Source of the DNA: a virus
Taxonomy: Duplodnaviria > Caudoviricetes
Length of the DNA: 64,000 bases
Reading direction: 5' to 3' (one strand)
IMG/VR virus record: IMGVR_UViG_3300031760_000010
Location: 32,001 to 96,000 of that record
Shown here: positions 58,386 through 64,000 of the stretch, piece after piece
How positions within the stretch are numbered: the stretch's first letter is position 1
Layout: each line of letters begins with the position of its first letter
Translations under genes and position numbers: made by a program
The notes under the pieces: generated by a model
Database searches by the model: none
What the model saw: the letters and a program-made list of their open reading frames with translations, nothing else
What the model was told of the DNA's origin: nothing

Positions 58386-59543
58386 ATGCAATATTTGAAT
58401 AAGGATTATATATTGGATTCTCTTACTGTAGATGACGTGATCTCAATTTGTGATAAATTGGGTAGCCCGTCTTATAAACTAGATAACCAGGGTAACCCTT
58501 GCTTTAGTACTTGTTTATGCCATGGTGGAGATTCGCCATATAAACTGATATATTATCACAAGCCTGGAGAAGAATATGTTGGGCGGCGACATGGGCTATT
58601 TAAATGTTATACCTGTGGAGACGCATACGACATTGTAGAATTAGTTATTAGAGCATTTCGTCAACAGGGAAAAACTTATACTTGGTATAAAGCATTAAGA
58701 TGGATCGCTCAAGTTACTGGGAAAATAGACGCTGCGTCAAGTGACAAGCCTCTTGAAGAACGACATATTGAAGACTTCTCATGGATCGAGCGGCTAAAAA
58801 ATGCTCAAAAAAAGAAGAGGGCTATTCCAAACTTATCAGAGATAAATGAGAATATACTTGAGATCTTTTGCTATTTACCACACGAAGATTGGCTGAGAGA
58901 TCATATCACTACGGAAGCTCTGGGACGTTTTGGGATAGGATATTATGGTTTAACCAATCAAATTATTATACCACATTATGATATTAATGAACGATTGATT
59001 GGGATCCGGGGCCGGTATTTAGATCAGTATGATGTGGAGACGTTGGGGAAATATGTACCTTTACAGATCGAGGGACGTTTTCTATCTCATCAGCTGGGTA
59101 GTAATTTATACGGCATTCATGTTTGTAAGGACGCAATTATGCGAAAAAAGAAGTTGATGCTGGTAGAGGCGGAAAAAAGCGTTCTTCAAAGTTATAGTTA
59201 TTTTGGTGAAGATAGTTTTACCGTTGCGGCTTGTGGATCGTCTATTACGCAGACTCAGGTTAAGATTATTCTAGAACAACTTCAGGTCAGCGAAGTGTTG
59301 TATGCACCAGATCGTGATTATCACTCTAGTGATAGCTTTGAAGCGGAAGTATGGTGGCAAAAACAATTGAAAAAGGTTGCTCCATTAGTACCGTATGTTA
59401 AGGTTTGTATAGTAGCAGATCGAAAAGATCGATTGAATTTCAAGGATAGCCCGACAGATCATGGTAAAGAGGTTCTATTGGAATTGTTGGATGAAAAAAT
59501 TCCAATTACGATGGAAGATATGAATGAGTTGAAAAGGAAGTAA
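58386..59543 (+). CDS. DNA primase (Zn finger plus TOPRIM)
   Basis: CH..GDS, FKCYTC, IIIPHYD, GIRGR, LVEAEKS, PDRD, KDSPTD. Confidence 0.88.
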   Translation: MQYLNKDYILDSLTVDDVISICDKLGSPSYKLDNQGNPCFSTCLCHGGDSPYKLIYYHKPGEEYVGRRHGLFKCYTCGDAYDIVELVIRAFRQQGKTYTWYKALRWIAQVTGKIDAASSDKPLEERHIEDFSWIERLKNAQKKKRAIPNLSEINENILEIFCYLPHEDWLRDHITTEALGRFGIGYYGLTNQIIIPHYDINERLIGIRGRYLDQYDVETLGKYVPLQIEGRFLSHQLGSNLYGIHVCKDAIMRKKKLMLVEAEKSVLQSYSYFGEDSFTVAACGSSITQTQVKIILEQLQVSEVLYAPDRDYHSSDSFEAEVWWQKQLKKVAPLVPYVKVCIVADRKDRLNFKDSPTDHGKEVLLELLDEKIPITMEDMNELKRK

Positions 59544-59548
59544 GTTAT

Positions 59549-60532
59549 ATGAATGAGGAACTATTAAGACCGTACATCCGGGCAGTTACGGCTGAGGACC
59601 GAAAAATACTGCCAAGATTTTCTTATAGTAAGATTGAACAATTTTTGAATTGTCCAATGGCATATGATTTTAAATATAATCAAAAGATGTATGGCAGCGA
59701 TACCAGCATTGCTCTGGAGTTGGGATCACTTTTACATGCGGTATTAGAACGAAAAGGTCATATGCTCCAAGATGGCAATATTGATTATGAGTTACTTGAC
59801 AAATTAATCAATGATGGTATAATAGAGACATCAGAAAAGACCCGTGATCAAATTCCAGGTGTGAACACATTAAGATCTAAATATTGGGAGATATGGTTTA
59901 ATCCTGATACTGAGGGCAGGACGTATGAAGAAAAATTAATGTTGTTTAAGGAAGTTCTTCATAGTGAAATGCAGGATGATGAAAACTGGAAGCCGTATGC
60001 CTTTGAAATGCCTTTTGAGTTTGTTTGGGATAATAAAGTAATATTGAACGGTTTTATTGATCGGGTTGATATATCTACTGATGGGGAGTTTCGTGTTATT
60101 GATTATAAAACCAGTAAGAAAGTATTCTCAAAAGAGAAGCTTCCAACTTCTTTACAGTTTGGTATTTACAATTTAGCATTACTTGCCAACGAACAAATTA
60201 ACCAGTTAGCGGTTGATAACATTTACCGTTTTATTCTTTTGAACGATTACCAGAAAGCATTGACTAAAGGGTGGGAGAAGCGGCTGGCCAAAAAGCTGAC
60301 GCAAGTGTTTACAAGTATTGCCGATAAAGAGGTGTCTAATAGATGGGATCCGAAACCGACTCCACTGTGTCATTGGTGCTTTGCATCGGAAACTAATCCA
60401 GATGCGAAAGAATATAAAGGTGTTTGTGAATATTATTCTTTATGGACCCCAGAGAATAAAACCTTTGAGAAAAAGAAAGAATGGAATGCACTAGAGAATA
60501 AAGAAGAAACTAAAAGAAAACTAATTTTTTAA
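59549..60532 (+). CDS. PD-(D/E)XK (RecB/Cas4-like) exonuclease
   Basis: FSYSKI..F.NCP, GSLLH, GFIDRVD, VIDYKT, Q..IY, CHWC...C. Confidence 0.85.
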   Translation: MNEELLRPYIRAVTAEDRKILPRFSYSKIEQFLNCPMAYDFKYNQKMYGSDTSIALELGSLLHAVLERKGHMLQDGNIDYELLDKLINDGIIETSEKTRDQIPGVNTLRSKYWEIWFNPDTEGRTYEEKLMLFKEVLHSEMQDDENWKPYAFEMPFEFVWDNKVILNGFIDRVDISTDGEFRVIDYKTSKKVFSKEKLPTSLQFGIYNLALLANEQINQLAVDNIYRFILLNDYQKALTKGWEKRLAKKLTQVFTSIADKEVSNRWDPKPTPLCHWCFASETNPDAKEYKGVCEYYSLWTPENKTFEKKKEWNALENKEETKRKLIF

Positions 60533-60544
60533 AGGAGTAAAAAC

Positions 60545-60715
60545 ATGTCTAAGAAATATCCAGGCAGAGATACTGATTATGCGAAGTGGACATCTACTAT
60601 GGCCAAACTCGATTACTTTTTGAAAGCAGAGCATGACCGTTTGAAGAAACAAACTAAAGAAGGTGACATTCGTAAATCCAAAAAGCGTATCAGAGAAGAA
60701 GAGGAGACTGTATAA
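60545..60715 (+). CDS. Small basic protein (56 aa)
   Basis: AAGGAG RBS; MSKKYPGRDTDYAKW. Confidence 0.5.
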   Translation: MSKKYPGRDTDYAKWTSTMAKLDYFLKAEHDRLKKQTKEGDIRKSKKRIREEEETV

Positions 60716-61816
60716 ATGTATTGGGATTATGCAGCGACAACACCTGTAAAGCCAGAGGTCGTAGAAGCAATGATGCCTTATTTGAAAGAAAATTGGTACA
60801 ACCCCTCTGCAGCTTACGAACCGGCAATGCAGGTCAGACGTGATGTTGAAGCAGCTAGGGCACGAATTGCTCAAGAAATCAATGCTGATCCTGATGAGAT
60901 ATATTTTACTTCTTCAGGGTCCGAAGCAAATAGTTGGGTATTACAAAGTTTTGGATCACGAAATATTGTTATTACATCTACAATTGAACATCATTCAATT
61001 GAGCAATATAAGAATCAGAAATATTTAACTAAGGTTCCAGTGGATGACTGCGGTTTACTTGATTTGGATTTGTTACATCAATCCGTTCAGCAACCGTTAG
61101 GTGTGGGCATCTTAGCATCAGTACAGATGGCTAATAACGAAATTGGTGCGATACAAAATTACGAAACCATTGCCAGTATTGTGCATATTAATAACGGTTT
61201 TTTCCATACAGATGCGGTACAGGCATTCGGGAAGATTCCGGTTGATGTAAAAAAAATGGGTATTGATATGTTATCTGCGTCTGGGCATAAGATTGGAGCA
61301 CCAAAAGGTATTGGATTCTTGTATGTCCGACGCGGCATTCCTTTTTCTCCTATGATTTTAGGTTCTCAAGAGTTGGGAATGAGGGGAGGCACTGAGAACG
61401 TGCCATATATTATTGGGATGGCCAAAGCAGTAGATCTGATCGACTATACCGTTCAAGAACGGTTAAAAGAAAAATATGAGTATATGGTCGGAAAAGCTTT
61501 AAAATTTGCGACTATGAATAAGGCACCAGCAGGTCATCAACTATATAATATTCTTAGCATGACTATTGACGCAGAAGTTGATGGGAATATGCTTCTTGGT
61601 ATGCTCCATGACAGAGGTCAGTTTGTTTCTGCAGGTTCGGCCTGTATGGCTCATAATCCAGAACCGAGTCATGTATTAAAAGCTATTGGATTAACAGACG
61701 AAGAGGCTTCAAGGACACTGAGAATTAGTTTATCAGATAATGTTACTTATGAAGATATTGATAAATTATTAGCGGATATTCAAGACTGCATTGAGTTTTT
61801 GAAAGGATGGACATAA
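60716..61816 (+). CDS. iscS: Cysteine desulfurase (IscS/NifS class I)
   Basis: DYAATTP, NPS, FTSSGSEAN, EHHS, NNEIG, HTDAVQA, SGHK (PLP Lys), GGTENV, SAGSAC (catalytic Cys). Confidence 0.92.
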   Translation: MYWDYAATTPVKPEVVEAMMPYLKENWYNPSAAYEPAMQVRRDVEAARARIAQEINADPDEIYFTSSGSEANSWVLQSFGSRNIVITSTIEHHSIEQYKNQKYLTKVPVDDCGLLDLDLLHQSVQQPLGVGILASVQMANNEIGAIQNYETIASIVHINNGFFHTDAVQAFGKIPVDVKKMGIDMLSASGHKIGAPKGIGFLYVRRGIPFSPMILGSQELGMRGGTENVPYIIGMAKAVDLIDYTVQERLKEKYEYMVGKALKFATMNKAPAGHQLYNILSMTIDAEVDGNMLLGMLHDRGQFVSAGSACMAHNPEPSHVLKAIGLTDEEASRTLRISLSDNVTYEDIDKLLADIQDCIEFLKGWT

Positions 61817-62211
61817 TGTTACTGTTTATTATATGCGTGTTAGCTGGAATTGTAGGATTATATCTAGCACATAAATGGGAATTTACTGGTGCGGGCGATA
61901 CAGCTTGTGTCATAGGGATTTGTTCGTTGATTGTTGTATTTTTTATGAGTATATGGATAATTATGTCCTTTGCAACGCGTCAAGATCAAATTATTGAGCT
62001 AGATGAAATGAGGGATGCCATCATCCATGAAATCAATAGTGATTTAGATGATGACGATCCTATTGCAATTACGCATGATATTCGTGAGTATAATACAAAA
62101 GTGACTAACGGGCAGTATTGGTCACATAACTTTTGGGTGGGAATGTTTACGCCTAATATTTATGATGATTACGAATTATTTAGCTATGAATTAGATATGC
62201 AGGAGGATTAA
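61807..62211 (+). CDS. Two-TM membrane protein
   Basis: Two hydrophobic segments. Confidence 0.6.
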   Translation: MDIMLLFIICVLAGIVGLYLAHKWEFTGAGDTACVIGICSLIVVFFMSIWIIMSFATRQDQIIELDEMRDAIIHEINSDLDDDDPIAITHDIREYNTKVTNGQYWSHNFWVGMFTPNIYDDYELFSYELDMQED

Positions 62212-62213
62212 AA

Positions 62214-62411
62214 ATGAGAGATCCAAATAGGTTAGATAACTTTTATGGAGAAATGACTAAGTTACATAAAAAGCATTTCCCTGATTGGCGTTGGGGCCAG
62301 ATGGTTCACAATTTTTTGGGTTGGTTGATGGAGACATACAAAGTAGACGGTTTTTATGCCGAAGAAGATAAGATGTTACAGTGGTTTAAAGAATTTTGTG
62401 AGGAGAAATGA
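62214..62411 (+). CDS. Conserved small phage protein (MRDPNR...PDWRWGQ)
   Basis: Recurrent phage motif. Confidence 0.65.
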   Translation: MRDPNRLDNFYGEMTKLHKKHFPDWRWGQMVHNFLGWLMETYKVDGFYAEEDKMLQWFKEFCEEK

Positions 62412-62412
62412 T

Positions 62413-63111
62413 ATGGGAGAGAATTTAACGACGGGCAGTTTGTTTTATGTTTCAAATAATGATGATACATGGGTAAAACTTGTAGACGTTTCAAACGCCA
62501 TATTTGGAAGTAACGATATAACGACATCTGATTCTAATATAATGATAAATACAGAGCCTCCAGTCTCAGCGAAGACAGTATCCGTTACGTCAGATGCAAC
62601 ACCAGTTTATAATTTGGTTGAAGAGATGAAAAAAGGGAGCGAAGAAATAGTTTTGACGTTTTCATTAGTGTTGATTACCAACATCAATGTTTTGGTTCCC
62701 AATAAAGTAATGGAAGTAACGTTGGCCCCGGAGTATTCTCCTTTAGTTACGCCTGGGACATATAAAACGGTTGTTCGAGAGCCAGATGAATTTAATATGG
62801 AGTTTGGCTGTGCTTTGGCAATTGCCAAAAGTATTTATGGGCAGTATTATACGCACGAATTTGTTGAGCGGGCTGCACGAGAAATTATTCTATATAATAA
62901 ATTTTTCCTGAAAGAAATTCGGTCAGCAATTAAAAGATATAATCGAGGTCAGAAGCAGCAGATGGAGGCATTGAGGGCTGAGCAGGAGCGTCAGGAAATC
63001 ATTGAGCGTCGCAGAGCTAAGAATAAGAAGCGTCGTGAAAAAATGCTTGCTCGTAAAAAAGAAAACGAGATTAATACAATTGCTGAAGCAATTAAGAGGA
63101 GTCGAGAATGA
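62413..63111 (+). CDS. Hypothetical protein (PDEFNMEFG..LAIAK motif)
   Basis: AGGAG RBS. Confidence 0.6.
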   Translation: MGENLTTGSLFYVSNNDDTWVKLVDVSNAIFGSNDITTSDSNIMINTEPPVSAKTVSVTSDATPVYNLVEEMKKGSEEIVLTFSLVLITNINVLVPNKVMEVTLAPEYSPLVTPGTYKTVVREPDEFNMEFGCALAIAKSIYGQYYTHEFVERAAREIILYNKFFLKEIRSAIKRYNRGQKQQMEALRAEQERQEIIERRRAKNKKRREKMLARKKENEINTIAEAIKRSRE

Positions 63112-63596
63112 GTAAGACGACAATTAGAGAAGGAGTTTGGGAAACCAACTCCTCCTCTGTTCATTCGATGGTAGTTAGTAAAAAAGGTTTGAGGAAGTGT
63201 AAACTCAAACCACATAAAGATGGTTATATACATGTAAGATTAAGATACTGGGGTACAGATCTAGAATATTTCCCGAATCAAAAAGATAAACTTTCTTATT
63301 TACTTACTTGTGCCGCTTATTGCTGTGGCTGTGGGTACGGAAGTGACGATTATGATCGATTGTATGAAGATTACCGTTTCCAATATATCGAAGAAGCAGT
63401 AAAGCACTATTATGAAGAAACCACTGGGAAGCATGATTGCTTGGGAGTGCGAGTGGATAATTTAGAGGATGCAGAAATAGATCATCAATCTATTCCTGAA
63501 TATGGAGAAATACCTTTTGTCAGCGTTTGGGACGAACAGAGTATACAGAATTTTATTTTTAACAGTTATATTTCTTTGAAAACAGATCGTGATTGA
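63108..63596 (+). CDS. ETNSSS-motif phage protein
   Basis: IREGVWETNSSSVHS...IDHQS. Confidence 0.7.
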   Translation: MSKTTIREGVWETNSSSVHSMVVSKKGLRKCKLKPHKDGYIHVRLRYWGTDLEYFPNQKDKLSYLLTCAAYCCGCGYGSDDYDRLYEDYRFQYIEEAVKHYYEETTGKHDCLGVRVDNLEDAEIDHQSIPEYGEIPFVSVWDEQSIQNFIFNSYISLKTDRD

Positions 63597-63605
63597 GGTA
63601 GCAAT

Positions 63606-64000
63606 ATGAAGTTTACAGTTCGAAATGGTGTATGGGAAACAAATTCATCTTCAATGCATTCAATTGTAGTAACAAAAACAGATGAAAAGTACACTCAAGA
63701 AGAAATGCTAAGTGACCTTTGGGTAGATGAAAATGGAACGTGGAATCTAAAATACCGCTCAGAGGATTTAAATTTCGGACGGTTCCCTTTTCAGGTCTTA
63801 ACTACTTTCGCTGAAAAAGTCAAATATGTTATAGCTAGTAAGGGCTATTATTGGCATGGGACATATCAAAAAGTATCTCACGAAATGGAGATTCTGTTAG
63901 AGTTTATTACTGAAATTTGCCCAGCCATTAAGAACATTAGATGGCCTACGCAGTACGAAACAGCATACCGAGATCAAGAAGGAAATGAACTTGATTATGA
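63606..64000 (+). CDS. Second ETNSSS-motif protein, runs off window edge
   Basis: MKFTVRNGVWETNSSSMHS; GAGG RBS. Confidence 0.7.
   Translation, partial: MKFTVRNGVWETNSSSMHSIVVTKTDEKYTQEEMLSDLWVDENGTWNLKYRSEDLNFGRFPFQVLTTFAEKVKYVIASKGYYWHGTYQKVSHEMEILLEFITEICPAIKNIRWPTQYETAYRDQEGNELDY

Noticed and set aside
59549-60532. cas4 of a CRISPR-Cas system
   Set aside because: Lies in the replication module with no array or other cas genes; a standard phage exonuclease.

Overview
64 kb of a large, probably temperate phage of a low-GC Firmicute host, with SPbeta-like gene order. The left ~18 kb (minus strand) is a head/packaging module: decoration protein, prohead protease-scaffold, portal, terminase, phosphoesterase, HU. 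It also holds a YonO-like single-subunit RNA polymerase split at its catalytic motif by a group I intron carrying a GIY-YIG endonuclease. The strand switches at ~18.4-18.7 kb, next to a restriction-site-poor gene, an 85-bp direct repeat and a structured leader. The plus strand carries many accessory genes, a tyrosine recombinase, a YopQ/MrpR-like pair, a tRNA cluster (one tRNA with a group I intron, several tRNA-like RNAs lacking normal anticodon arms), the replication module and a cysteine desulfurase. The most striking feature is a stand-alone reverse transcriptase (31831-33084) followed by four non-coding cassettes. These share a fixed scaffold (short closing inverted repeat, TTTA and ATGA..TA.AG..GC motifs at constant spacing), but each carries a different long GC-rich hairpin dense in restriction-site motifs. 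This is a candidate multi-template, retron-like phage system; its function is inferred, not shown. All family assignments come from motifs and synteny read by eye, with no database searches.
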